The notes under the pieces: model-generated
The model's database searches: none
Seen by the model: the letters and a program-made list of their open reading frames with translations, nothing else
What the model was told of the DNA's origin: nothing
NCBI RefSeq assembly: GCF_902459465.1
Contig: NC_047082.1
Span: 1,922,001 to 1,986,000 of the forward strand
Length of the DNA: 64,000 bases
Direction of reading: 5' to 3'
DNA from: Asterias rubens
Lineage: Eukaryota
Shown here: in pieces, positions 13,040 through 26,800 of the stretch
How the letters are laid out: every line of letters begins with the position of its first letter
Numbering within the stretch: position 1 is the stretch's first letter
Translations under genes and position numbers: made by a program

Positions 13040-15410
13040 TAAAGGCCTTTATGGACCCCTCTTTATTGTATTAGAGGACTACGGACACATCTTTACTTAC
13101 AAATAAGGCCTATGGACCCATTTTTAAAGCATATGAACCAACCTTTATTTGTATTAAGGCCTATGGACAATTTTTTAAGGCAAATGGGCCCATATGTTTA
13201 CATTTGTACTAAGGTATATAATATGGACCCTTCTTTTAAGGCATATGTACCCATCTGTAGGCATAAAGGCCTGAAGACCCATTGTTACTTGTATTAAGAC
13301 CTATATTGACCCATCTTTTAAGGCCTATCGACCCAACTATGGCATCTATAATTATAGCCCTTTAATAAACATTGAAAAGATATCTTTTCAATATTTATTA
13401 AAAGCCTATATGGACCAATCTTTACTTGTATTAGAGGCCTAGATATGGACCCATCTTTACTAGCGTATGAGTAGAGCCTATGGACCCGCCTTTACTTGTA
13501 TTATAAGGCCTATGAACCAATTTTTAAGACATATTATGGACCCATATCTTTACATATGTATCAAGGTTTATAATATGGACCCATCTTTCAAGGCACATGT
13601 ACTCATCTGTATGTATAAACCCCTATGAGCCCATTGTTGTCTATAGTATAGACCCATTTTACTCGTTTTTAGGCATAATGACCCATTTGAAGGCATATGA
13701 GACCTCACTATTAAAGCCTATCGTTGGACCCATCTTAAGGCCTATGGACCTATTTTAAGGCATATGGACCCCTTTACTTGTAGAGGCATATACGGACCCA
13801 TCGTTTAAGACCTATGGACCCATCTTTACTTGTCTTAAGGCCTATTTGGACCTATCTATATAGACCTATTGACCCATCTAATCTTTTAAGGCCTATGGAC
13901 CCATCTTAAGTATTAAGGCCTATGTACCCATCTTTTAAGGCCTATGGACCCATCTTAAGTATTAAGGCATATGGACCATCTTTAAAGGTATATGGACCCA
14001 TCTTTACTTGTATTAGGGCCTATATTGACCCATCTTTTAAGGCCTATGGACCCATCTTAAGTATTAAGGCATATAGACCATCTTTTAAGGTATATGGACC
14101 CATCTTTACTTGTATTAGGGCCTATATTGACCCATCTTGTAAGGCCTATGGACTCATCTTTTCTTATATTATAAGGCGTATACTAACCAATCTTTTAAGG
14201 CCTAAGGACCCATATTAACTATGTATTAAGGCCTATTGCACATGGCATCATTTAATGCCTATGGACCCATGTTTACTAGGTATTAAGGCCTTATATGGAC
14301 CCATCTTTACTAGCGTATGAGTAGGGCCTATGGACCCGCCTTTACTTGTATTATAAGGCCTATGAACCAATTTTTAAGACATATTATGGACCCATATCTT
14401 TACATATGTATCAAGGTTTATAATATGGACCCATCTTTCAAGGCACATGTACTCATCTGTATGTATAAACCCCTATGAGCCCATTGTTGTCTATAGTATA
14501 GACCCATTTTACTCGTTTTTAGGCATAGTGACCCATTTTAAGGCATATGAGACCTCACTATTAAAGCCTATCGTTGGACCCATCTTAAGGCCTATGGACC
14601 TATTTTAAGGCATATGGACCCCTTTACTTGTAGAGGCATATACGGACCCATCGTTTAAGACCTATGGACCCATCTTTACTTGTCTTAAGGCCTATTTGGA
14701 CCTATCTATATAGACCTATTGACCCATCTAATCTTTTAAGGCCTATGGACCCATCTTATGTATTAAGGCCTATGTACCCATCTTTTAAGGCCTATGGACC
14801 CATCTTAAGTATTAAGGCATATGGACCATCTTTAAAGGTCTATGGACCAATCTTTACTTGTATTAAGGCCTATATATTTGACCCATCTTTTAAGGCCTAT
14901 GGACCCATCTTTTAAGGCCTATGGACCCATCTTAAGTATTAAGGCATATGGACCATCTTTTAAGGTATATGGACCCATCTTTACTTGTATTAGGGCCTAT
15001 ATTGACCCATCTTGTAAGGCCTATGGACTCATCTTTTCTTATATTATAAGGCGTATACTAACCAATCTTTTAAGGCCTAAGGACCCATATTAACTATGTA
15101 TTAAGGCCTATTGCACATGGCATCATTTAAAGCCTATGGACCCATGTTTACTAGGTATTAAGGCCTTATATGGACCCATCTTTTTTTAAGGCCTAGTGAC
15201 CCACCTTTGCTATGTATTAGACCTATATGGACCCATCTGTTTAGGCCTACCCCTATGAACCCATATAATTACTAATAAGACCTGTGGACCCATCTTTAAA
15301 GGCCTTTGGACCCATCTTTAACATTAAGGTCCATACGGACCCATCCGTTAAGCCCTATGGACCCATCTTTATTTAAGGCCTATGCCTCCTTGAATAACTT
15401 TAAGTTAAGG
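13040..15410. repeat. Minisatellite (AAGGCCTATGGACCCATCTTT core, ~21-31 bp variants) with an ~850-bp higher-order duplication
   Basis: Dozens of monomers; block 13444-14293 is repeated almost identically at 14294-15168 (875 bp). A remnant of the same monomer lies at ~10660-10770. Confidence 0.95.
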
Positions 15411-15864
15411 CCATGTTTGTTACATTGTGGAGGCATTGTAATTATTTTAACCCTTCAGTCTTAACTGTTTTTCTTTGGCCCCCCTTAGGATTTCTTTACC
15501 TCATTGTTGGTAGACGAAGATATTAGGCTATGTCATTCAAAGTTTAAGTGGAGAGATGGTCGAGTAGGCTAAGTCAACATACTTTTTTTGGTCTTATTAT
15601 TTATGTTGCCTTCTTGAGGAAATCTTAGTTGACAAAAAGTCCTTAAATTCACATAACATACTTTGTTTACCTTTGTTTACCTCAAAGGTATACACGGTAT
15701 ACCGTATTGATCATACCTTGTCTATGTGATGAGTAACATAACATTCAAGGAGCAGAGCTATTTTTTTTATCCAATCTCAGCCTTTTTGTCATCTGTGGCT
15801 CAAATGAGAACTTCTTAATTCGCAGTGTTCACCACAACACCAACTTCTCCATATGTCGGTTTAA

Positions 15865-17405
15865 TATTGATCGTCCATTTGTAACCATGGTAAAAGTTTT
15901 ACTGAAAAACTAACTTGGTGTTGGTTTCCTTTTTCTTCTGTCCATTGGCTTATTTTGAGGAATTCTTAGTCTTCACTCATCAGTGTTTAAGCCAATACCG
16001 TCAACAAATAAGGCCATTTTACATACTATCCCTTGAGCTATCCCTTTAAAGGCAGGATACAATATGTTTTTGGTAATTTCCAAAGACCTGTACCCTCAGC
16101 TCACTGTGAGTAAAAATCACTGTGTGTAATTTTAAAAGGATGTGAGTGAAAGTTTAAAATGATAGCTGCATTAATGAATGAAAGTGATAGACTAGGACTT
16201 AGGACTTTTAAAAACTAGTTGTTGGTAAATAAATGTAGATTAAAAATAAAAAAACACCTTGTAACAATCATGAAACATTTTAACTTGAACAAAAACATTG
16301 CAGTCATACATATGTACAAATAAACAAACCAATCAAAGCACAATTTCTTAAGGACTGCGACTTCTTCGAATCAAACATTTTGGGCTAATTCTTCATTTGA
16401 CAGTGTCTTCAAAATTAGCGATGCCAAAGGCAACTAAAAACTTTAAGATATTTTCTCACGAGTTGGAAATCCAAGAAGCCACCTCCAAGACTTATTGAAC
16501 GCACTGCACACAAACATGGAGTGACGCAATTGTGCAAATATTCTTTTGGTGAACAATGTCTGATGATTTTGGACTCTAAAAACAATGTGATATTGTGCAT
16601 TCATAATTAATTAAGTAATAGTCATCCGATTTAATATTTGCCTTTATCATTGTATTAAAGTATGAATATGTATGGGTGTATGGAAATCAATTACTTGTTT
16701 GATATTGTGGTAGTGGACATGAAAGAGACAATCTTTCCAGGGGAAACACAACTTTTAAGGATGAATAGCCTCAATTTGTAAAGATTTGTGTAAGCAACTG
16801 ACATTGTTACAGTGACAAGTCAGGATCAATTATGGAAAATCGATGTGAACAGAACAAACTCCAGGCAGTTTTGACAAGTCACCCACGACAAACCATCATC
16901 AAGTTTATCAAGATATGTGCCAGCATTTGAAATGAGTCTATGGAAAAATGTGTCTATGGAAATGTGTCTATGGAAATGTGTCTTTGGAAATGTCTATGGA
17001 AAAAAAGAAGGATCGGCATTGAAAGTCAACATGTACTCAACTGCTTCATGAAAAACTGAACCACATTGGAGGAAAAAAAGATCATCAAACTTATCAAGTG
17101 TGCTGTTGTGCCAGCACATGATAATTTAACAGTGGAAAATGTTCTGCGGATTGACAATAAATGAACAGGATAAACATTCTCACTGACTTGTGCCGAGAGC
17201 AAGAAACAATAAACATTAAGGAGAGAACAGTGACTGATACAAAACAACACAATGCAACATTCACAAACAATGGACACTCAGTCAAACAAAACCAAACATG
17301 TAAACACTATTAAATACAACAATTACATGTTAATTAAACAAATTAATAAATTATAGTTGTAACCAATTTTGAAGGATGGATGGGGAATGAAGTGATGGAA
17401 TAGTG
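15865..17405. repeat. Segmental duplicate copy B (paralogous to ~10890-12480)
   Basis: Same colinear blocks as copy A, including the 14-bp GTGTCTATGGAAAT mini-array near 16937-17000. Confidence 0.85.
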
Positions 17406-18624
17406 TGCTGTGTTTCCTATAAAAAGTATGACAGGGTCATCTATCCAACTTTCTTCTCTTTCAACTGGCTAGTTATCATTCAACTCTTACCTTCCCTTCA
17501 GCGAATCACTGTTTGAGGAACTGGCTTCTCTTTAGCCAACAGCACCACCATCTCTATTAAACCCCACAAACTATTTTACTTGTCCAACTTTTCATATCAA
17601 AGTTGTTCTAAACAACTTTGATTTGAAAATGGTGAATGAATAGCAATAAGTATTAAGGATGCGAAAGCACAGTGAATGAATATGAAGAGGTGAAAGTGAG
17701 ATTAACAATATTAATTTAATAAAATTAATTAGGTTAAAGAAATTTAATACAAAACAAAAAACATTTATATACAAAACAAAAAAAATAATTAACACAGCAA
17801 AATTACATTCTGTCCATCAAACACTATAATTAAACAAAATGTTCATCTGTTCAGAAAACAAGAGAACTCAGTGAAACTGCTTCAGTAAGCACTGCTTATT
17901 AACTCTGAACTAAGTGCTGCAAGTTTGTTGCCAGCCAAGAACTGTTTGGGAAATATGGTCTCAACAAGTCTCAACTCACTAAGTGTGAAGGAAATTTTCT
18001 CTCTATAGCCATGGAAACGATAGACAACTGACTCTTCAAAATGACATAAATGCCTCCAAGATGTTGCTCAAAATCAAGATTGAAAATTTGCATAGGATGG
18101 ATTTATAATTTTTAAATGACAAGTGGAACATATCAAAATCTTGTGTGCATTGTTAAGAATCTGTAAATTTTCCTTGTGGTTTATAACAATTGATTATCAT
18201 TACACTGTAATATACTTGGTTGCTATTATCTTTTAAGAAAAAAGAGGATGTAACTGCATAAAGCAGTGTAACTGCATAAAGCAGTTGTTTTTTATCCTGC
18301 AACCATTTCTACCTTCCTGTGATAGGCAAGGTTCAGGTTTTACTTGGTGTATGTGGTTTACAGGCATTGATAATAATTACCTGTAATACACTTGGTGAAT
18401 ATTTTGTATTTGAAGAAAAAAAAGATGATGTAACTGCATAAAGCAGTTGTTCCCCCCCCCCCCCCCCATACTCATTTCTACCTCCCTATACTTGCTGTAT
18501 GGATGTGGTTTACATGCATTGTTGACTATTCACTCAGATTGAATAGCGCCCTCTCTAGACACAACAAACTTTTTAATGTACTGGTGGGGCAAAAGGAGTT
18601 TGGTGTCCATGAAGTTCTTTGGTT

Positions 18625-18734
18625 GTCAATTGTGTCTATTATTTTTGTCAATTGTGTCTTATTATTTTTGTCAATTTTGTCCATTATTTTTGTCAATTTT
18701 GTCCATTATTTTTGTCAATTTTGTCCATTATTTT
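18625..18734. repeat. 22-bp tandem repeat ATTTTTGTCAATTTTGTCCATT, about five copies
   Basis: Directly visible in the sequence. Confidence 0.9.
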
Positions 18735-20034
18735 AAATGAAGAGATTTTCAAAACAAAATTTAATCGACGGTGTTGAATTTGAAATCAAATAAAAAAAAA
18801 GTTTGAAATAAAAACAAATTAAAACAGTTCTACCACCAAGTTGCTGAGGATATGATGAAGAATCACCATCACACTCGTATAGGTAATTAAATTGTTTTCC
18901 TTTTTTTGAAAGACCACCATAAATTTGTTGTTTCTGCAGCAAACATATTTTTTTTTAAGACTCAATTTATGTACCTAGGCCATGTAACTTAGTTTAACCT
19001 AGATACCAGACTGTAGGCTTACCTCTAAAAAGAAATTACTTCTAATTGATTCAAGATTACACTTACTTCATTTCCGTCGGGCTACTTGGTAATTAGCTTT
19101 TAATCTGTTTTTTTAAAGAAAATAACGGTTTAATATAAGATTATTTTTCAACAGATGACAAATCTACCCCCCCCCCCCCTGCAGTTTCATGCCCTTTTCA
19201 AGTATGTCTAGGCCTACATTTAACTGTTATTAAAACAAGAAATAAGATTATTTTCCTACAGATGATAAGCTTTTCACCATAATAATTTTCTTCTAATTTA
19301 TATGATTTTGAAGTAGGCTAATGGCTATTTTTCAAATTGCCATGCTTTTTTACTTGAAGTATATGAGTTATAGGCCTACATTTAAATGTTATTCATTATT
19401 GCAAGAAATTAGAAACAAAATGAAGGCCTAAGATAAGATGGTATACCTAGATGAAAATACATTTCTTCTATAAATTAGTATAAATTTGAAGTAGATGACA
19501 AGTTTTACATGTTTTGGGATGAATTTTAAGTAGGCCTAGGCAATCACAATTGAAATAAATAAATAAATGAGTAAAATAAATAAAATGAAATTTGTTTAAA
19601 TAAAATTTGATAAGTCTAACACTTTCTTTTAGTTTATGAATTTGAGGTAGGCCTAATGACTATTTTGTAAAATTCCATTCCATGTCTTCTTTGAAGTAGG
19701 CTGATATGTAAATTTTAATCAGAATTGGCTTGGGAAAAAATGTTAGGCCTAAATTTAGATAATTTCCAATGAATGGTTTTAACACCAAATATCATTTTCC
19801 TGTAATTAATACGATAGTGATGACATTTGTTTAGGCCTAATGATGGGATTTTTATCCGACACACACAAATAAATGATCTTAATACATAAATGTTTTTAGA
19901 AGGGAATGACTTAGTATACTGGTTCAGAATAATGCAAGACAGTCAAATTAGGCCTAGAATTACCTATTGATACAAGGTTTAGAACTAGAACTTAAAGATG
20001 ACACATGCCAGTTTTCATTAAAGCTATAGGGCAG

Positions 20035-20290
20035 GCGATTTTTTTTAGATAGTGCGTTTTAATGTTTAGGCTTAATTAATTGTATTTTTATAAGGTGTTT
20101 GAAAGACATGGAAAACATGGATTATTTTTAGATAGATTACTTTTAGATAGTGTATTTGAATGTTTAGGCTTAACTAATAGTACTATTAGGTGTTTGAAAG
20201 ACATGGAAAACATGGACTCTTTTTAGATAGATTATTTGTTAGATATTTAGTATTTTAACGTTTAGGCTTAATCAATAGTATTGTTGTAAG
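20035..20290. repeat. Degenerate ~90-100 bp tandem repeat, three copies
   Basis: TTTTAGATAG...TGTTTAGGCTTAA...GGTGTTTGAAAGACATGGAAAACATGGA recurs. Confidence 0.75.
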
Positions 20291-23010
20291 GTGACTCTCC
20301 AGTCACAAAAGAAAAATACAAGTCTTCTTTATTTTCAGAACTGACCAATAACCTTTAGAAGTTTTATTCCAAAACACATTTTTAACAATGGTGAGGAAGG
20401 GCGGCTATATGGGGAAATGGAGGAGGCCGTTTAATTTTTAAGCTTTAATTGTTTTAACAATAACAACAATCCTCGATTGAGACACTGAATTTAAACAAAA
20501 AAAGTTATGCAAACTCTTAAAAAAAAAAAAAAAACTTGGTCAGTTCTGTTGATATGAAGATCATGTACATGCTTTAACTTCCACATGTTGAGACATACTT
20601 TGTTGTTTTGTACACATGTACCAACAATATCTTTTTAGAATCTAATAATTTAATCTTTTAATTTCCAGGTTCTGAATTTGTGGTTCTTCAAACAAAGTTG
20701 AAAGACTCAAACTATATAAAAGGTGAGGTAACAGACACATTTTATATTTTTTGTTGTTGTTTATTTCAAAACATAAATCTTAAATAGTAACAAAATAATG
20801 CATTTTTCACATCAAAAAAGTCACTGCAATCTATTTGTGCTGCTCATTTAAATTGTCAATATTGTTTCCTACTTAACGCACAACCAAACACAATAATTAA
20901 TTTTGAATATCGTACACTTTGGTGTAAAACTTTCCTACTTGCAAGATAATTTCAAAATAATAGTTACCAGATTTATAATATTTTATAAAAGTATTGAGTT
21001 ATTTTAAGTATTAATGCTGTCCATGATATGGTTATATGAAAGTAAAATTTTAAGTAGGACTGTCATATAATAATCTCTATTTGACATGGGAAAGAATCCC
21101 ATTTTTGAAAACAATTCTAAATTACTACACTTCAAGAACACAGCTACATTTAAAACTTGTTGCAAAATCCACTTAGCCAATTCACTTACTTATTTATTGA
21201 TCGCGATACCAATTAATGACAGAGAAAGGAAAGATTCTCAGAAAATATTCAAATAGTGTAGGAAAGGGTTAATGTTTATCGACAAAATAATTCAATTGTG
21301 TACAGCTGAATTTTAGTGGTTATACATGCCTCCCATTGGATAATTAAAAATGTCGGTTAAGAGTATGTTCAGGTAGACTCATTGTTTGAATAATACCATT
21401 GCCAAACAGTGAACTCTCTTATGTGTTCCATTCGGTTACACCCACAGACATTAATCAAAGGTCCATCTTTGTGTGTATTGTCAAACCCCACAAAGTATCA
21501 ATACATGTAAACAAAGCTTAAAAAAATTGTTCTACTGATTTGTTTGTTTTGAGATCAAAGTTCCCAAGTAACCACTTGGGTCCTTGATGGGAACCCAAAA
21601 AGTCTACTCCACATTGAGACCTTCCCCTGTCAGGTTAACAATCAGTGACCTAGTATTGAAGTGTATGAATCGTGACCTGCTGCCCCAATGTCATTTTAAT
21701 GATGAAATATGTGTTTTACCCGTAGAGACAAGCAGGGCAATTCCACTGTTAGGCCTATAGTCTTAACGATAACATCAAGTTAGTAACATTTTTGTGTGTT
21801 AATATTTCTAAAAGTTTGATAACTGCTAATGAGAACATAAAATTTCAAAATAGAAAGTCACAAGAAAATACCTGAAAAGGGATTAAAACTAAAACATCTC
21901 AACGACCCCCCCCCCCCTCCCGCTCAACCCCAATGCAACAATCCAAAACTGATTTCCATTATCAAGATGATTAATCATGTTAATGTTGTAAAACATGTAC
22001 ACCCTGTCTGCACCAACAATATATACTACTGTCCAATAAGGCACCATAATGCTTCTCTAACAGCCTCGGTCCAATTCTGAGTGGAAGCTGTGTCTGTTGC
22101 TAATGCTGGTTATTGTGGTGATCACTGCCTTCATTGATTTGATTTTAAAAAAAATTGCAGGGCGGCACCACGACTAAGTATTGTTACAAACACAGCCTAG
22201 GAAAGTATTCTAAAGCCGAATCTATTAACTATTGTAACCTTAATCGTTGCCTTTGACTACATCAACAAATTTAGGCTCTTGAGTATTCTTTATAGTACTT
22301 ACATCACCTGATCAGCAAGTAAGGAAATGACAAAGATTTTGTGCTGTTCGACAAAAAGTATCATCTGTCAAATATCACTTAAAGCAGAATGCTTGTAAAT
22401 TAAGTGCAATGTAAACACTTGTGGAGGTTAAGTTTGCTCTCAAAGGTTCCATTTTGGCATGACAAGTGACAGGTTTAATTAATATTATTAATTATTAATT
22501 GGCAGCAGATTGTGTGTGTACTAGTACAAACACTTTAAACAGGTTGAAAAATAATTACCTCAATAAGATTGTGAAATTATGAATTATTTTCAAACTTAAA
22601 GCTTGCTCAGCCTAAAACTAATTAAGAACAAAATGTTCAACACAATTAATGAAGCAGTCAAAAGTAAAATCTCTTGAAACATGCGAAAATGTTTTAAAAA
22701 CTGTATCTCAAATTTACCTAATTATGCAACAAAATCACCCTAAAAGTTTAGCACACAGGAAAGCAAAGAACAACATTCAAAATGATTAGTATTTTCATTT
22801 GGATTTTAAATTTGGATTTTAGAGCTTAATGACAATTCATCTATCTGTCATAGATGTGAACAAGCTTTTGCTAAGCAACTCGAAACCACTGACCCCATGC
22901 TATTGAATTTTCTCACTGTCGTCATATCAGGAGATAATGGCTGGGGTGAGAGTCCTTGTTGACAAAGGGACTGAAACACTGATCTAAATTTTAGGAGTTG
23001 AAATGATTGC

Positions 23011-23130
23011 CAGGCCTGGAATTCCATCTTTAAAAGGGCAAAGCCATTTCCATTCTGCAAAGAGCACTTCCATTGGAAAATCTTAAAGTCAATTGGAATC
23101 GTTTGAAGGGGCACCAAAGACCAAGGGCAT
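23011..23130. mobile_element. Dispersed short repeat family (CAGGCCTGGAATT...GGGCAAGGCCATTTTCATTTTGCAAAGGGCACTTCC...GGGGCACCAAG)
   Basis: Related copies at ~33425-33552, 34090-34148, 42165-42313, 48770-48907, 50487-50562 and 51640-51742, in both orientations. Confidence 0.75.
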
Positions 23131-23810
23131 CATAGCATTTGCGCTTTGCAGTTACTTCTGGAGTTATAATAGTTTCAAGAAGTTTTTATGAGTAATATCA
23201 CTAAGAGTCCTATTGCTGTGCACTCATTGCTCAAAATGCTCTATTTGGTAGAAAAGGATATTTGAAATGCTAGATGAACAAACAGTTAAAGATTCACAAA
23301 CCTGTTGTAATTGAAAAGTCATATTCAGCATCAGTTTTTTTGCACCCGCATAATAAAGGTAACAATGCTTCAAAATTAGAAAACATCTGCAACTCAAATA
23401 ATGTTGATTATATTAAAGTAAAGCTTTGAGGAAATTGCAGTGGAACTTTTATCTGAAGCCATAAAAAAATATGTTGCATTGGCAGGCGGATTCAAGTGAG
23501 GTACAGCTAAAAGACCAAGTACATGTATAACTCTTTTTAAAATCATATTTTAGTTTTATTATATTATTTTGGTTTTATATGTAAGGGGGTTAAAAAAGAG
23601 TAAATCTTTGGATTCTTACCTTGGTTCGTTTCACTCTCTTCAGTTTTGATAATAAGGCCATCAAATGAACTTGTATACATGTTTAGGTAAATGCTTCAAA
23701 CATATCCACATTTAGAACAGCTGCTAAAACTTTCCTAAAAAACATCAGCTTTGCTATTATATTTTGGAAATGCAGATGTCATTCTCCTTCAAATGCGGGT
23801 GAAGAGTTTC

Positions 23811-26800
23811 TTAATGCTTTGTGTTCAAAAACCTCCTTAGTCTCTCTACAAGAACATGGAAGTTTTGCTTAAAAAGTTTGTCGTTGCTGAGGTCAATGTG
23901 GTTTGTATGAGCCAGTAATTTCTTGATTGGAGATGGACCCATATCAGGCGGCCATGCCACAAAGCGTAGTAGAACAGCAATTACTGGCTTGTGTAGTGCT
24001 TCTGCCAACATCAAATCCTTCACTCCATTGTCTGACTGAAGATAACGTGGTGTAATGCAGCTCAAGACGATTGATGATGATTTCATATTACGTTGGATGT
24101 TACTCTCCAATGTCTCATGCATAGCATCGGAGTGAATCGGAGCAGTGGCATTACTGCGAGTACTTGCTCCTGAAGTGCCTCGTTGGTTCTGAGCGATTGT
24201 TGGGCTGTTGTCGATGTAGCACGAGATGCCGTTGCTTTCAAGGATGCGTTTGATCTCTTGTACCTTGTTCTGCATATCCCATTGGTAGCTCAGAAAAACC
24301 TTGGGTTGCTCGGATGAACCATTGCTCACTGTGGATCCTAATGCTGAAATTAATAAAAAATTAATAAAATAATTTTAAAGTGCATTCAACATATATTTCA
24401 TCCTGTGATCTAAATTGATGTATCTAGAAATATTGCCAAGCAAACAGAGGGCCAATTTCATAGTGCTGCTCGTCAGTAATTACACAACGATCATTGAAAA
24501 TTTATTGATAGTGTTGTTTTTCCTTGCATCTTGTTTTGAGTACACTTTAAGGACACTTGTAGCCCCCTTGATTGATTGATTATCCTATCACATCTTTTTC
24601 ATCCTCTCATAAGTTACTCACTTCAGGTCTTTTAGAGAGTCATAAACTAACAAACCAAGGAAATGTTTTCAAAGCCAGCAATTTATAACAAAAGTAACTA
24701 TAAAAGACATTGAATTGTGTTTTCTTTTATATCTTAAAAATTATTTCAGAGATGATGGAATAATCATCAAACACAACCATAACATTAGTAAGGAGATTGT
24801 GTCCTTCTCTTAGCAACATAACTACACTTTTTCAAATGTTGTTTTTCTTCTTCACAATCATGTACATTGCACGACACGCATTTACTTGTATGCACTAACC
24901 GTTCTATAGACTTTTCCATTAGCCAAGGTATGAGAAAAATAGCCAGTCTAATGGTAATTAGGTGCTGATCAAAGACTAATTAGCTGTATTGTACAACCAC
25001 TACATGCATAGCTTGAAATAAGAAGAACTCGTTACTACTCTCTATGTGGACTCAGCGTTGACAATGTCCGACATAGCAAACACTCATTAGAAACTTGTTA
25101 CAATTAAATCTATCAGGGACTTTCATTGTTGAGTTTGTTTTGTTTGATTTGGTTCAGGGGCTGCATTCATATGGTATCAAATACAAATAGGGCAGACTGA
25201 ATAGCTGTCAAACTGACCCCTGGGTGCAAAGACCACTTTAGTGAGGTATGTTAATTTCTACCTCCATGGTTAAACAGAATATGTTGTGTCCAAACAAACT
25301 CAGTGAGGATGAAAGATTTCAGGATTTGCATAGCGGGGGATCGATACTGTTTTTCCGTTTGCGATACAGTGGGCTTCGCAATGTAAATTGGCGCTGTTTA
25401 TTTAACGACATGAAATATATTCCATCGAGAATGACAGGTGTTTGGCTGTTTGTCATAACAGATCACTGAAACAGTGGTGTGTGGAGGGGCAGCGGAGAAG
25501 GGAAATAGTTTAAAACAAAAACAAAAAAATAAGAATTTGAGATTGTCGGAGGGGTGCGCTCTTGGTATGAGGATACAGAAAAAAGGTTCTCAGAGGGTCC
25601 ATGAATTACTATAATAATATGTGAACCAAACACAGAAATCCTTATAAATACCTTGAGATGCAGCTAAAACTTGAAGAGGTTTGAGTCCCTCGCTCATCCT
25701 GTTCAAGTAAGTTTGCTCCAAGACGACCCCGGCCACCTTCCGTAAGGGTTTGATTTGATGCTCAAGGATGTCCATGCTCTCACCATACATCTTAGTTTCA
25801 AAATCTATCGCCGGAAATTCACCTGATAGAGTAGGATGAAGAGAAAGAATTGTTTAGTTTGATTTTTTTTGCAGCACAGAAATGGAAACATTCAGTCAGT
25901 GACAAGTTTATTAGAGTCAAATTTTAGAGTCTAAATTTCTAAAGCTGAAGAGTACATTATGTATTTTAATATTATTTTGTCTCTAATTGTACTTTAGAGT
26001 CTAAGATTGTGTTTCTTCAATTTGAACTTCTTCTTGGAAATCTTGAAGTATTTGTTGCATAAAAAGCTATGCAAGACAAGTGAACAAGAAGATTGTTATT
26101 GCTTGAACAAGTTTTTTTAAGGATTCTTATGACGACCAAGAAAATGAAAACAAACGGTAATTAAAAAACTCAGAGAACACAACTTACCCAAAACAGATTT
26201 AAGTGATGGCCTCATCTTCTTCCAAACATTCTTAAACATGACAGTCACTAAGGACTTGCCAAGCCAATCAGCAAAGAGCACTTCATGGAAGATGAAGGGA
26301 GATGATGTCGCTGCATCAGTCAAGACAACGATGACATGTTTTGCCGAGGCGATGAGAGGACCATTGATTGACAGGAATTCGTCTTTTGATTGTCCAAGCT
26401 TTTCATGAGCTGTCACCTGTAAACATAAATCAACAAGAAATTCAACTTGATAAATAGATTAATAATTCAATAGTTTTTTCATGCACCACAGAAAATCCTG
26501 CACATAGTTTTGTTAACAAAATCACCAATACCTTTTTTGGGGGCTAAATGTCACTTTTTAAGTTGATCTCTCACAATATTCATACTTTGTAAGTAGCACC
26601 GGTTTTCGATAAATCCCGGTGCCTTTAATATTCTGAGTTTAATCTTAAAAGTATAAAATAACAACATTTTAAAACTCACTTGAAGATTTTTTCTTTTCAA
26701 ATCTTGCTTGAGGTTTTGTGCCAGTCTAACATCAGCAGGGTCATACACGACATACACACTCTCAGATCGGCTTTTCTGTGTCCTTGCTCGAAGGTGCCAA

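Noticed and set aside
13112-15093. Repetitive ORFs (MDPSFKAYGPI...) and a possible CRISPR-like reading of the array
   Set aside because: The ORFs are by-products of the minisatellite. There are no unique spacers between constant repeats and no cas genes, and the context is eukaryotic.
22848-23117. 89-aa ORF as an alternative last exon of the TIR gene
   Set aside because: It begins inside a copy of the dispersed repeat family, and the TIR CDS already ends cleanly at 23811.
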